Shown: positions 8,850-17,432 of the stretch, piece by piece
How the letters are laid out: every line of letters starts with the position of its first letter
Numbering within the stretch: position 1 is the stretch's first letter
IMG/VR virus record: IMGVR_UViG_3300046684_000205
Span: 1-64,000 of that record
DNA: 64,000 bases
Source of the DNA: a virus
Reading direction: 5' to 3' (one strand)
Program-made: the position numbers and the translations under genes
The notes under the pieces: generated by a model
Told to the model about the DNA's origin: nothing
The model's input: the letters and a program-made list of their open reading frames with translations, nothing else
Databases searched by the model: none

Positions 8850-9169
8850 GCCTCGATGTCTACCTTGTTGCCGAAGACGGCGAAGCGCTGTACACCAGCA
8901 ATATCACCCACAACCTTGGCCGGATGGCCGAGGTGGCCGGTATCTACGAGTGCGTGTGGCGACCCGACGAGAGCGGTTTTACGAAGGCCGGCCAGCTGCG
9001 CGAGCCGCTGCGCGTGGCGCTCGCCGACATGGTGACGCGGCCGTCGTATTACGAGCAGTTCAACGCACCGAATGGCTGGGGCAAGCTCGAGCACTTCCTG
9101 CTGTTCTGCGCCAAGTATCTGGAGGCGTGCATCGCTCACCCGGAAGCCAGCGTCGATGTCAGCCGATAA
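8846..9169 (+). CDS. Conserved phage hypothetical protein (NITHNL...PNGWG)
   Basis: Recognisable widespread phage family; GGAG RBS. Confidence 0.8.
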   Translation: MSLDVYLVAEDGEALYTSNITHNLGRMAEVAGIYECVWRPDESGFTKAGQLREPLRVALADMVTRPSYYEQFNAPNGWGKLEHFLLFCAKYLEACIAHPEASVDVSR

Positions 9170-9178
9170 GGAGAGACC

Positions 9179-9481
9179 ATGATCGCCCAATATCTTGACC
9201 TGGCCAACGGCCACCTGACCGAGCAGACCTTCAACGAGCTGCAGCGGCTCTTCCAGTACAACAGCAGTCCGCTACACCTCGGCTGGCCGGCCATGACCAT
9301 CGTGACGCACGATAACGGCGCCTTCGTGACGGTGCCCTACGACTACTCGCTGCAGCAGGGCGAGGCCGTGCCTGCAGACCTCGCGCGTGTCCTGGCAGCA
9401 GCGCGCCTGCGTGACGCCACCCTGATCCGCTTCGACGCCGACGGCGCCGTCGATCCCACCCTCCCTTTCCATGAATGGTGA
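9179..9481 (+). CDS. DUF5983-like protein
   Basis: LDLANGHL...IRFDADG....LP...W pattern. Confidence 0.65.
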   Translation: MIAQYLDLANGHLTEQTFNELQRLFQYNSSPLHLGWPAMTIVTHDNGAFVTVPYDYSLQQGEAVPADLARVLAAARLRDATLIRFDADGAVDPTLPFHEW

Positions 9482-9484
9482 TAT

Positions 9485-9817
9485 ATGACTATCCTAACCC
9501 GCAAAGAGTACATGAGCTCACATACTCATCTCGTCAGCGCCGACCCGGCTGAGCGCGCCGCGCTGCACCGTACCTACTACGCTCAGTTCGTCAATCAGTA
9601 CACGGTAGCCTCTGTCGTCGGCTTCATCGGTGCCGATGCGCTGCGCAAGTCGAGCGACCAGCACCTGAACGATATTCCGCTCGAGCGGTGGGACCGTGCA
9701 GCTATGGGCATGCCAATGGCACTATCGTTCAAAGCGGCCGGCGACTCCGCGACGAAGGCCGGCCTAGTGTGCGTGGCCAAGGAAGCCGCGCGCCAGTGGC
9801 TGGAGAGCCAGCCGTGA
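9485..9817 (+). CDS. Hypothetical protein
   Basis: HRTYYAQFV...HLNDIPLERWD...VCVAKEAA; fits tiling. Confidence 0.75.
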   Translation: MTILTRKEYMSSHTHLVSADPAERAALHRTYYAQFVNQYTVASVVGFIGADALRKSSDQHLNDIPLERWDRAAMGMPMALSFKAAGDSATKAGLVCVAKEAARQWLESQP

Positions 9818-9966
9818 CCGCCTGGAACGTCTACATCAACAACCGGAAGATCGACACGGTCTTCTACACACCTGACTGCGACGCCGAGTACGTGCGTCGC
9901 TCCCTGATCGACCACAACGGCTACGACAGCCGGATCGTGGTACGTCGCTCGCAAGGATCCAAATGA
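9814..9966 (+). CDS. 50-aa conserved phage protein (WNVY...IDTVFY...YVRRSLIDH)
   Basis: GTGA overlap; GGAG RBS. Confidence 0.7.
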   Translation: MTAWNVYINNRKIDTVFYTPDCDAEYVRRSLIDHNGYDSRIVVRRSQGSK

Positions 9967-10232
9967 CCATCCCCACCAACCTCACCCACGCCGAAGTCGG
10001 CGCCTTCCTCATGGCCGTCGGCCAACACATGATCGATCATGACGTGTGCGCCGAGGCTGTGGTGCAGCCGGAAGATGTGCGCGACAACCTGCCCTACGCC
10101 GAGAATCTGGCGCGCAGCATGATCGATGCCTACATCTACAAACCGATGCACCCGGGCCGCGCCCTTGAGATCCTATCCAACCTCACGCTGGAGGAGGCGG
10201 TCAGCTTTATCCGGCCGCCGAAAGGTCTGTGA
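9963..10232 (+). CDS. Hypothetical protein
   Basis: ATGA-coupled. Confidence 0.7.
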   Translation: MTIPTNLTHAEVGAFLMAVGQHMIDHDVCAEAVVQPEDVRDNLPYAENLARSMIDAYIYKPMHPGRALEILSNLTLEEAVSFIRPPKGL

Positions 10233-10621
10233 TGCTCAACTACGCCCTCACCGTCAAACACGACCGCGGCATCGTCCACATCCACACGCCGGCAGCCAGC
10301 GACGATGCCGCGCGTGCCATCGTCATGGCTGCCGAGCGCTGCCCCGAGCGCGCGATCCGCAAGGTGCGCGCCTACGACGCCGACGGCTTCGAGCTCCGTG
10401 TGCACGGCCGCCGACGCACGTTCTCACACAACCAGTTCAATATGCGTGAGAACTTCTCGAAGGACGGCCAGAACCGGCCCGACAAGGTGCCCACGCGCTG
10501 GGAGATCCAGCTGCCCGGCGAGGTGCGCTGGCGTCGTGTCTACAGCACCCGGCACACCGGGCTCCGCTACAGCATCCTCGACGGCCTGAAGGTCGTCGTT
10601 TTACTTCCGGAGGCAGTATGA
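10229..10621 (+). CDS. Hypothetical protein
   Basis: Coupled at both ends; KVPTRW...RWRRVY motif. Confidence 0.7.
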   Translation: MMLNYALTVKHDRGIVHIHTPAASDDAARAIVMAAERCPERAIRKVRAYDADGFELRVHGRRRTFSHNQFNMRENFSKDGQNRPDKVPTRWEIQLPGEVRWRRVYSTRHTGLRYSILDGLKVVVLLPEAV

Positions 10622-10848
10622 ACGAAACCCGTCTCGAAGCGGCGCGCAGCGCTGCACTGGAGTTCGTATCGGCATGTGGCAACCTGAATATGGCCCGTAC
10701 CGCGCTGGCCCAAGCTGAGGACGACTCAGCTCATGCTGGGCGCGAGCTGGCTGGTGTCGACCTGGCGCGCCAGTCCATCTCTACCGCCGAAGCCGCCGTG
10801 CGCGGCAAGGCCGAGGTTCTGCGGCTTGCGCTGGGAGCGCTGGAATGA
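10618..10848 (+). CDS. Hypothetical helical protein
   Basis: GGAGG RBS; ATGA-coupled. Confidence 0.65.
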   Translation: MNETRLEAARSAALEFVSACGNLNMARTALAQAEDDSAHAGRELAGVDLARQSISTAEAAVRGKAEVLRLALGALE

Positions 10849-11087
10849 TCACCTACCTGATTACCGAACCCGACCAGGCCGGCCAGTGCCGCATCGTCGC
10901 GCGCCACCACGGCCCGCACTTCAAGCCCGACCTCAAGAATTACCACGAGGCGCCGACGGCCTGGCTTGACGCCGGCATCATGGACAGCCGCGGCAAGCTG
11001 GTCTGCCTGTCCAACTCCGAGCACTTCAAAGACATGCAGGCCGACGAGCCGCTGGCGGCCGGCCTGACCTACACCTGCGAGGACTGA
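10845..11087 (+). CDS. Hypothetical protein
   Basis: ATGA-coupled. Confidence 0.65.
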   Translation: MITYLITEPDQAGQCRIVARHHGPHFKPDLKNYHEAPTAWLDAGIMDSRGKLVCLSNSEHFKDMQADEPLAAGLTYTCED

Positions 11088-11088
11088 A

Positions 11089-11286
11089 ATGAATAAACCT
11101 ATCCTGCGCCCGTCTGTTGTGCCCGATCTGAAGGGCAGCTACGGGCCTGAAATCTACTTCGACCCGCAGCCTGACGAGGAGTGGCCCGAGGGCTGCTGGG
11201 CCTGCTGGATCCCCGATGGCGATACCTATCACGGCGCGACGCCGAACGACGCACTGGCAGCCTGGGAGGAGGGCCAAAAGCGATGA
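11089..11286 (+). CDS. Hypothetical protein, weak HicB-N-like motif
   Basis: WACWIPD...HGATPNDALAAW. Confidence 0.55.
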   Translation: MNKPILRPSVVPDLKGSYGPEIYFDPQPDEEWPEGCWACWIPDGDTYHGATPNDALAAWEEGQKR

Positions 11287-11435
11287 CCCCACAAGACCGC
11301 AAGGAATTCGCCGCCTACCTGAAAGGCTGCACTGACAACCAGGTGCTGGGCGTGCTGGAAAAGGAGCGTGAGGCCGGTCGCCAGGACTATGCCCATCTCG
11401 CCGAACTCGAGGCATCGAAGAGGAATCTGGTATGA
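11283..11435 (+). CDS. 50-aa hypothetical protein
   Basis: ATGA-coupled; MTPQDRKEF... Confidence 0.65.
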   Translation: MTPQDRKEFAAYLKGCTDNQVLGVLEKEREAGRQDYAHLAELEASKRNLV

Positions 11436-11638
11436 GCCGTCTCGCACACGCCGCCATCGGCACATCCGGCATGGAAGCCGGGAAGGAGGAGCTGTCGGCG
11501 AAGGCCCAGCTCGAGATCCGCGACGCCAGGAGCATCCAATCGCAGACCGGCTGCACCTGGTCCGAAGCCTTGCGCATCGCCGCCGGCAAGGCGCACCCGG
11601 TCGAGAAGTTCGCCGCCAACACCTGGAGGAACCCATGA
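11432..11638 (+). CDS. Hypothetical protein
   Basis: ATGA-coupled. Confidence 0.65.
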   Translation: MSRLAHAAIGTSGMEAGKEELSAKAQLEIRDARSIQSQTGCTWSEALRIAAGKAHPVEKFAANTWRNP

Positions 11639-11907
11639 CCATCACCCGCGCCCAAGCCCGCCAGTACGTCGCCCACGGCGTCGACGACGCCGCCCAGCAC
11701 TGCCAGCCCAAGGACGTGCCCGACCACGACCGGGTGCGCTATGTCGGCTACGACGCCGGCTTTGTGCCGATGGTCGTCGCCGTCTGGAGCTGCCTGCCCG
11801 GCTGCGAGATCGATGCCGACGAGGCCGAAGACCTTGCCACCGACCTGCTGATCGAACTGAAGTGGTTCGCGGCCGGCGCCGGTACCGAAGCCATTTTCGT
11901 TCTGTGA
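11635..11907 (+). CDS. Hypothetical protein
   Basis: GGAGG RBS; start at 11635 (MTITRAQ). Confidence 0.65.
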   Translation: MTITRAQARQYVAHGVDDAAQHCQPKDVPDHDRVRYVGYDAGFVPMVVAVWSCLPGCEIDADEAEDLATDLLIELKWFAAGAGTEAIFVL

Positions 11908-11917
11908 AAGGACACCC

Positions 11918-12130
11918 ATGACCCGCGAAGAACAGCAGCAGTACATCGAGAGCTGCCTCGAATCGCAGCGCAAATATCTGATGGACCATCTCGACAAGGT
12001 GCCAGAAAACTGGGACGGCATCGAGCTGCGCAACTGGTTTGCTGATGTTGCTGTCAATGGCTGCCGCTACAAGATGGAGCGCAAACGCGCTCGTGACTAC
12101 CAGAACGACATCATCGTTCATAATCTGTGA
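11918..12130 (+). CDS. Hypothetical protein
   Basis: VPENWDGIELR motif; flanked by junction repeats. Confidence 0.75.
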   Translation: MTREEQQQYIESCLESQRKYLMDHLDKVPENWDGIELRNWFADVAVNGCRYKMERKRARDYQNDIIVHNL

Positions 12131-12140
12131 AAGGACACCC

Positions 12141-12617
12141 ATGCCTTCCCAAGTTCAAGAGGCGCGCGCCGAGTACCGCGCCGACGACGCCGTGCTGGCC
12201 GCGGCCATGAAGATTCTGGCCAAGCGCCTCAAGCAGCCTGGCCAGATGCTGTCGTCGCCGACAATCGTCAAGGACTACCTGACGCTGCATCTGGCCACGC
12301 TCGAAGCCGAGCGTTTCGACGCGCTGTTTGCCGACGTCAAGAACCGGCTGCTCAAGCACGAAATCATGTTCACCGGCACGATCACGCACACCAGCGTCTA
12401 CCCGCGCGAAGTGGTCAAGCTGGCACTGCAACTGAACGCCAGCAGCGTGATCCTGGCGCACAACCACCCATCCGGCGATCCAGCGCCGAGCGAGGCGGAT
12501 CACCGCCTGACGCGCGCCCTGACCCAGGCGCTGGGACTGGTCGACATCCGCGTGCTGGACCACGTCATCGTGGCTGGCATGCGCACCCACTCCATGGCCG
12601 AACACGGCCAGATCTGA
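12141..12617 (+). CDS. radC: RadC-like JAB-domain protein
   Basis: VYPREVVK, AHNHPSGDPAPSEAD and LDHVIV motifs. Confidence 0.95.
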   Translation: MPSQVQEARAEYRADDAVLAAAMKILAKRLKQPGQMLSSPTIVKDYLTLHLATLEAERFDALFADVKNRLLKHEIMFTGTITHTSVYPREVVKLALQLNASSVILAHNHPSGDPAPSEADHRLTRALTQALGLVDIRVLDHVIVAGMRTHSMAEHGQI

Positions 12618-12627
12618 GAGGACACCC

Positions 12628-12834
12628 ATGAGACTTATCGAAGAGCGTACCGTTTTCGTCACCGACGACGGCCAGCAGCACGCCACGCGGCAGGCCGCGG
12701 AGGATCACGACTACTGCCGCAGTCTCGCCGCCCAGCTGGAGCAGGATATTGACCTGGCCGGCGCCGATTACGTCAGCTACGAGGGGATCGTCCGGTGGTT
12801 CACCTCTCGCTTTGAGCTGGAGCCGAAGTCATGA
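12628..12834 (+). CDS. Hypothetical protein
   Basis: FVTDDGQQH motif; RBS present. Confidence 0.7.
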   Translation: MRLIEERTVFVTDDGQQHATRQAAEDHDYCRSLAAQLEQDIDLAGADYVSYEGIVRWFTSRFELEPKS

Positions 12835-13289
12835 AGCCCATTACCGCCGATATGCTCATCGGGGCCGCGGCCATCAACGACCTCGATGAGGCGCTGCGCA
12901 GCGTGATGGACGTCGTCGGCATCGACGACGGCGGCGTCGCCGGCCTGGTCTTCTCCGGCGACCGCGACCGTGATTGGTGGCCGACCGCCGCGCACACCGA
13001 ACGTATGGAGATGCTGCGGCGTTGGGCGGCCGCCGAGGAGGCTATGGGCGGCGAGCCTGATCTGCCGCCCGACCCTGACAAACAGAACGACGACCGCGCC
13101 GAATGGGCTGGTGAGGCTATCAAGGCTTTCGCTCGCGCTACCAACATGGACGCCGCCGGTGAGGATGACGAGACGATCCTTGGCGACTTGCTGGACGGTC
13201 TGCAGCACTGGTGCGATCGCCGCGGCATCGACTTCGATGCGGCGCTTGAGCAGGGCCGGCAGTATTACATCGAGGAGACGCAGCCGTGA
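12831..13289 (+). CDS. Hypothetical protein (two-domain; NDDRAEWA...LGDLL..LQHWCD)
   Basis: Coupled at both ends. Confidence 0.75.
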   Translation: MKPITADMLIGAAAINDLDEALRSVMDVVGIDDGGVAGLVFSGDRDRDWWPTAAHTERMEMLRRWAAAEEAMGGEPDLPPDPDKQNDDRAEWAGEAIKAFARATNMDAAGEDDETILGDLLDGLQHWCDRRGIDFDAALEQGRQYYIEETQP

Positions 13290-13486
13290 CTATCACCGTC
13301 CGCGAAGCCCGCGAGCTGCGCAAGCGCATCACGAAATTCGTCAACGCCTCCGTTGCGCACAGCTGGAAGGGCAGCGACCGGGCAGCAGCCCACGCCGACT
13401 ACGAGGAGGAGCTGCGCGTCGCCAAGAAGCGCCTGCACGAGTGCATCGAAGCCCTGAAACTGCCTGACGGAAGGATCCAACCATGA
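13286..13486 (+). CDS. SWKG-motif small protein (copy 1)
   Basis: GTGA-coupled; ASVAHSWKG. Confidence 0.7.
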   Translation: MTITVREARELRKRITKFVNASVAHSWKGSDRAAAHADYEEELRVAKKRLHECIEALKLPDGRIQP

Positions 13487-13947
13487 TCATTAACCAACCC
13501 AACGACGGCCGCGGCCTGCTCTACCATCTGGTGGACTTGCTCGGCCAGACCGTGCACGCCTACCGCGACTTCGATGCGGCTTTCCGCTGCCGCGAGGGCG
13601 ACCAGCGCATCGCCATTCAGATCGAAGGTGGCCGCTGGCTGACTAATCCTCCGGCGCCGGTCAGCCAGCTGTCCCTGGGTCCGGAGGCGCGCCGACTCCT
13701 GCCGGATCAGGTGCAGAATCTGACCTCCGGGCTGTACCTGTCCGAGCACAGGTCACTGAAGGACTACGACCTTGCGGTGGCCGACGCCGTGCAAGACGTC
13801 ATTTTCGGTCCGGAGGTGCGAGGCCATTATCGTCATTGTGGGGCAACATTCGAGCAGGATGTCTTCCTGCATCACAATGAAACCAGCTGCCCGCATTGCG
13901 GCGGCGCCGTCAAACCTTATATGACGACCGATGTGAGTAAGCCGTGA
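13483..13947 (+). CDS. Hypothetical protein with C-terminal Zn-ribbon-like motif
   Basis: YRHCG...CPHCG. Confidence 0.7.
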   Translation: MIINQPNDGRGLLYHLVDLLGQTVHAYRDFDAAFRCREGDQRIAIQIEGGRWLTNPPAPVSQLSLGPEARRLLPDQVQNLTSGLYLSEHRSLKDYDLAVADAVQDVIFGPEVRGHYRHCGATFEQDVFLHHNETSCPHCGGAVKPYMTTDVSKP

Positions 13948-14237
13948 TCCCGCCCACCACCCGCGAGCAGTTCGAACTTGTGCGGCCGCTGCTGGAGAAC
14001 TTCCGCAGGAAGACTCGCCCGCGCCGGCACGACCTCTACGACGTCGTCTGCGCCATCCTGGCGCGCGAGCAGTACGGCCTGACTTGGCGCACGCTGCCGG
14101 CTGGCTCACCACCGTGGCGCACCGTGCATGAGTACTACATCCAGTGGACGATGCCGACACGCGACGGCAGCGAGCCGCTGCTGCCGAAAATCTACCGGAC
14201 GCTACAAGGTGTCTGGCCCCCCAAGGAGAACACATGA
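13944..14237 (+). CDS. Stand-alone IS5-family transposase N-terminal domain (DUF4096-like), no DDE domain
   Basis: TREQFELVRPLLE..RRKTRPR..DLYDVVCAIL......WRTLP...PPWRTVHEYY..W. Confidence 0.8.
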   Translation: MIPPTTREQFELVRPLLENFRRKTRPRRHDLYDVVCAILAREQYGLTWRTLPAGSPPWRTVHEYYIQWTMPTRDGSEPLLPKIYRTLQGVWPPKENT

Positions 14238-14638
14238 AACCTTCCCTCTACGTCCTCACTGATGCCCAGCATGCCACCGTGCTGGCGGCGCTGCGCAACC
14301 TGCAGAACACGCCAAGCTACAGCATCCCCAGCGCGATCAAGGACATCGCCACCAACGGCGGCACCGTTACCCCGCTGGACGACAAGGCCATCGACCAGCT
14401 GTGCGAAGGCCTGAATCACACCGGCCTGTCGTTCGGCGAGGTCGTCAACCTGCTGGGCGAGGACGAGAGCAACCCGTATGTGGCCGGCGCGGCTGAGCAC
14501 CACCTGGCCAACGAGCGCGAATTCGATGGCAAGGTCATGGTCTCGGATGGCGGCGACGACGGCGCCTACGTGATGTGCTGGCTGTGGGTCAGCGACGAAC
14601 TGGCCGGCGTGACGCCGGCTGAGGAGCCCAACGAATGA
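14234..14638 (+). CDS. Hypothetical protein
   Basis: AAGGAG RBS; HATVLAALR and GAYVMCWLWV modules. Confidence 0.75.
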   Translation: MKPSLYVLTDAQHATVLAALRNLQNTPSYSIPSAIKDIATNGGTVTPLDDKAIDQLCEGLNHTGLSFGEVVNLLGEDESNPYVAGAAEHHLANEREFDGKVMVSDGGDDGAYVMCWLWVSDELAGVTPAEEPNE

Positions 14639-15096
14639 ACCACCAATTCACCCTCACCGCCACTACCGGCGCCATGCTGCAGCAGGGGCGCGTGCACGAT
14701 CTGGTGCAGCGGGTGCTGATGGATGGCCAGGCCAAGGCAGCCGAGCACGCTGTGGATGGAGACGCTGAAGGCCGCTTCCGCAACGAAGCCGCCGATGCGC
14801 GCGATATGGAATTCACCCTCGTCCCGGTGCCGCCGCCCACCACGCAGCTGGCGGCGCAGGCACGCCTGTTCGTCATGGCCCTCGACGACATGGGTTTCAG
14901 CAAGGACGAGCCGATCAACGGCGGCGACTGCGTCGAATTCATCGATCAGCGCCAGGCGCTGCTGCGGCGCCTGCCGGCGCTGGCTGAACTTGCGGGTGCG
15001 GTCGACACCTTCCTCAAAGCCCGCGTGCCGGAAGACGGCAGCTACAGCCAGATCATCGAGCCGCTGATCGCCGCGCACATGAAGGTGAGATCATGA
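14635..15096 (+). CDS. Hypothetical protein
   Basis: ATGA-coupled. Confidence 0.7.
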   Translation: MNHQFTLTATTGAMLQQGRVHDLVQRVLMDGQAKAAEHAVDGDAEGRFRNEAADARDMEFTLVPVPPPTTQLAAQARLFVMALDDMGFSKDEPINGGDCVEFIDQRQALLRRLPALAELAGAVDTFLKARVPEDGSYSQIIEPLIAAHMKVRS

Positions 15097-15350
15097 ACCC
15101 GCCCAGCATACTGATGCTGATACGCCTGCAGCGCGCTGTGGAAGCCGCTCGGGCCGCCAGCGAAGCACTCGGCGACCTGACGGACGTGATCTCCAGTAAT
15201 GGTCTGAACGACGCCCAGCAGGAGCTGCTGGAAGACGAGGTCATCAACCTTGCGTTGGGCGACCCGCTGCGGGATGGTCTGGAGCCGCGAGCGATCGGCA
15301 TGGATCAGTTGAAGGCTCTGCTCAACGCACTGCACTGGGAGCAGCCATGA
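15093..15350 (+). CDS. Hypothetical protein
   Basis: ATGA-coupled. Confidence 0.65.
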   Translation: MNPPSILMLIRLQRAVEAARAASEALGDLTDVISSNGLNDAQQELLEDEVINLALGDPLRDGLEPRAIGMDQLKALLNALHWEQP

Positions 15351-15550
15351 AGGAGTCCGACATCGCCTATGAGGTTGGTCGCTTCTGGGTGTACAAGGAC
15401 GTCAAGCGCTGCGGCTACACGGTGTTCGAAGCCGGCGCCGCGTACTCCACCAGCGACAGCACCTACCCGCTCACCGTCGACGGCCTGACGCTTGCCAAGG
15501 CGCGCGTCGACTACCTCTTCAACCGACACAAGCAGGAGACCAACCCATGA
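15347..15550 (+). CDS. Hypothetical protein
   Basis: ATGA-coupled. Confidence 0.7.
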   Translation: MKESDIAYEVGRFWVYKDVKRCGYTVFEAGAAYSTSDSTYPLTVDGLTLAKARVDYLFNRHKQETNP

Positions 15551-15789
15551 ACCAAATCCAGACCGGCGTCGTCGAGAACGTCGAATACACCTCCGGCAGC
15601 GCCGGCAACCAGTGGACCACCATCAGCGGTGTGCGTTATGCCACCTGGTGGAACGTCATGACCCGCGACTGGAAGGTTGGCGACACCGTGACTTTCCAGT
15701 CTTACGAGGCAACTCTCTGGAGTGGGCAGCCGAAGGTGCCGGGCGCCCAGAACATCCGCAAGGCCGTACTGCAGGAGACCAACCCATGA
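15532..15789 (+). repeat. 19-bp gene-junction repeat GCAGGAGACCAACCCATGA (15532-15550, 15771-15789)
   Basis: Exact; brackets gene 15547-15789. Confidence 0.9.
15547..15789 (+). CDS. Small beta-rich protein, possibly OB-fold
   Basis: GVVENVEY...WKVGDTVTF...AQNIRK. Confidence 0.7.
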   Translation: MNQIQTGVVENVEYTSGSAGNQWTTISGVRYATWWNVMTRDWKVGDTVTFQSYEATLWSGQPKVPGAQNIRKAVLQETNP

Positions 15790-16343
15790 GTCAAGTCATC
15801 CAACTCGCCGACCATTTCGTCCGAGCCCTGCGCAACCACCTCGACCCCGAGCAGTTCGCTGAGGTGTGCCAGAAAAACAGTACGCCCGAGTACGCCGGTG
15901 GCGTCTGCGCCAGCCATGACTACTGCGACGCCAACATGGTGATGGCTGTCGCTTTCGTCGAAGTGGTCGGCCGCGACATGATCATGGACGGCGGCGACTC
16001 GCCGCAGGAGCAGGCCGACCAGGCGCTGTGGAACGCGGCCTGGGCCTTCGCCAAGGACACGCAGCTGTGCGTGCGGCAGGAGACGAGCCAAAACTGGGAA
16101 TTCTCCCTTTACCTGCAGGTGAACGATCCCGAGCAGCTGCTGGCCGCCGCGCTGGCGCACCCGGCGTCGGCCGACAACCAGGTCGGCCGTGAGGCGTATC
16201 TCGATGACGCCGGCCAGATTGACACCGGCGCCTGCCTCAAGATGCTGCTCGACCCGGGCAGCCTGCCGGGCTGCAAGATCTTCGACAGCAGTGTCGAGGA
16301 CAGCCAGGTATTCAATGTCGACTTCGGCGATGAAAGGAACTGA
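15786..16343 (+). CDS. Hypothetical protein (CASHDYCDANM motif)
   Basis: ATGA-coupled start at 15786. Confidence 0.75.
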   Translation: MSQVIQLADHFVRALRNHLDPEQFAEVCQKNSTPEYAGGVCASHDYCDANMVMAVAFVEVVGRDMIMDGGDSPQEQADQALWNAAWAFAKDTQLCVRQETSQNWEFSLYLQVNDPEQLLAAALAHPASADNQVGREAYLDDAGQIDTGACLKMLLDPGSLPGCKIFDSSVEDSQVFNVDFGDERN

Positions 16344-16344
16344 C

Positions 16345-16656
16345 ATGAAAGCCCGTCCCGTATTCAAGCGCATTGCCGCGCTCGACGACAACACCAAGAC
16401 GCCTGAACGCAAGGCGTACGAGCTGCAGATGGACTACACGATGCAAGGCCTGCGCGCCGCCCGCCGGGAACTGTACAGCCTGATCGTGGGCGCTGAGGGG
16501 CGCGGCATCGTCCTGACGATCGTCGAGCGGCCACTGCAGCCGCCGGCGATGGGCAACACGCAGATGATCGGCGACGTGCGAATCTCTCGCGAACGCCAGC
16601 GCGAGCTGGACGAGATGCTGAAGGCGGCCGAGCAGTCGGAGGTGCGCGATGCGTGA
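16345..16656 (+). CDS. Hypothetical protein
   Basis: AAGGA RBS; GIVLTI..RPLQPPAMGN motif. Confidence 0.7.
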   Translation: MKARPVFKRIAALDDNTKTPERKAYELQMDYTMQGLRAARRELYSLIVGAEGRGIVLTIVERPLQPPAMGNTQMIGDVRISRERQRELDEMLKAAEQSEVRDA

Positions 16657-16882
16657 CTTCTACATTGTGCAGAGAGACGCTGACCACCCACTCGGCGCTG
16701 ACTGGAAGCAGATCGGCAGCGGCCGCCAGCTGATCGACTTCGCTATCGCGCACCGTATCGATCAGGAGCCCAGTGCCGTCCTGGCTGACATCGTCGGTGC
16801 TCTGCTGGAGCGGGCCGCCGTGAGCGACCGCGACATGATGGACCTGTGCGGCCTTCAGCAGTTTCGGATCGAGAGGTATTGA
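16649..16882 (+). CDS. Hypothetical protein
   Basis: GGAGG RBS. Confidence 0.65.
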   Translation: MRDFYIVQRDADHPLGADWKQIGSGRQLIDFAIAHRIDQEPSAVLADIVGALLERAAVSDRDMMDLCGLQQFRIERY

Positions 16883-16883
16883 T

Positions 16884-17153
16884 ATGCAAGTCACCATCTA
16901 CCACCGCCCGAACGGGCGCCCTGAAGTCCTCGACATCCCGAACGTCCACGCTGAAGACGCGGTCTGGTTCAAGGCCAACAACGTCAAGGTCAGCATGGAG
17001 GAAGACGGCGGCGCTGGCTTCATTGTCTACGGCGACATCGGCCGCAAGGATGAGGACGGCGAGCCGGATGAGGTCCTCGTGCTGTCGGGCGGCCTGAACT
17101 GCCAAGACACCTTGGCCAAGCTGCGCAAAGAGTGCGAGGAGGCGCTGAAATGA
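16884..17153 (+). CDS. Hypothetical protein
   Basis: GAGG RBS; YHRPNGR motif. Confidence 0.7.
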   Translation: MQVTIYHRPNGRPEVLDIPNVHAEDAVWFKANNVKVSMEEDGGAGFIVYGDIGRKDEDGEPDEVLVLSGGLNCQDTLAKLRKECEEALK

Positions 17154-17431
17154 TCAACAAATTCGGCGCCACCTGCGCCTCCTGTGGTCAGTCCGTCGCG
17201 CCCGGCGCCGGCGACACCAACAAGGTCGGCGAGCGCTGGGTGACCAAGCATGCGCCGGTGTGCCCGCCGCGCCGCGACTACCAATACCCGCCGCGCGCGG
17301 CGGCCACCTACGAGGACCCACTACTTGCCGGTCTGCATGGCCGCGAATACGAGGAGGAGTTCTACAGCCTGTACGGCATGACCCAGGCGGACTTTCGCGA
17401 CGCCGTCAATCCTGACGAAGGAGACCACTGA
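17150..17431 (+). CDS. Hypothetical protein with Cys/His Zn motif
   Basis: NKFGATCASCG...H..C. Confidence 0.7.
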   Translation: MINKFGATCASCGQSVAPGAGDTNKVGERWVTKHAPVCPPRRDYQYPPRAAATYEDPLLAGLHGREYEEEFYSLYGMTQADFRDAVNPDEGDH

Positions 17432-17432
17432 C

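Larger units (their letters stand above)
11901..12630 (+). repeat. Gene-junction repeat TCTGTGAAAGGACACCCATG (11901-11920 and 12124-12143 exact; variant 12613-12630)
   Basis: Read directly; each copy contains stop, RBS and start. Confidence 0.9.

Noticed and set aside
11901-12630. Junction repeats as a CRISPR array or attC sites
   Set aside because: Spacers are whole genes of 200-480 bp, the repeats are not palindromic, and there is no cas or integron integrase.
13944-14237. Active IS5 element
   Set aside because: No catalytic DDE region, terminal inverted repeats or target duplication visible.
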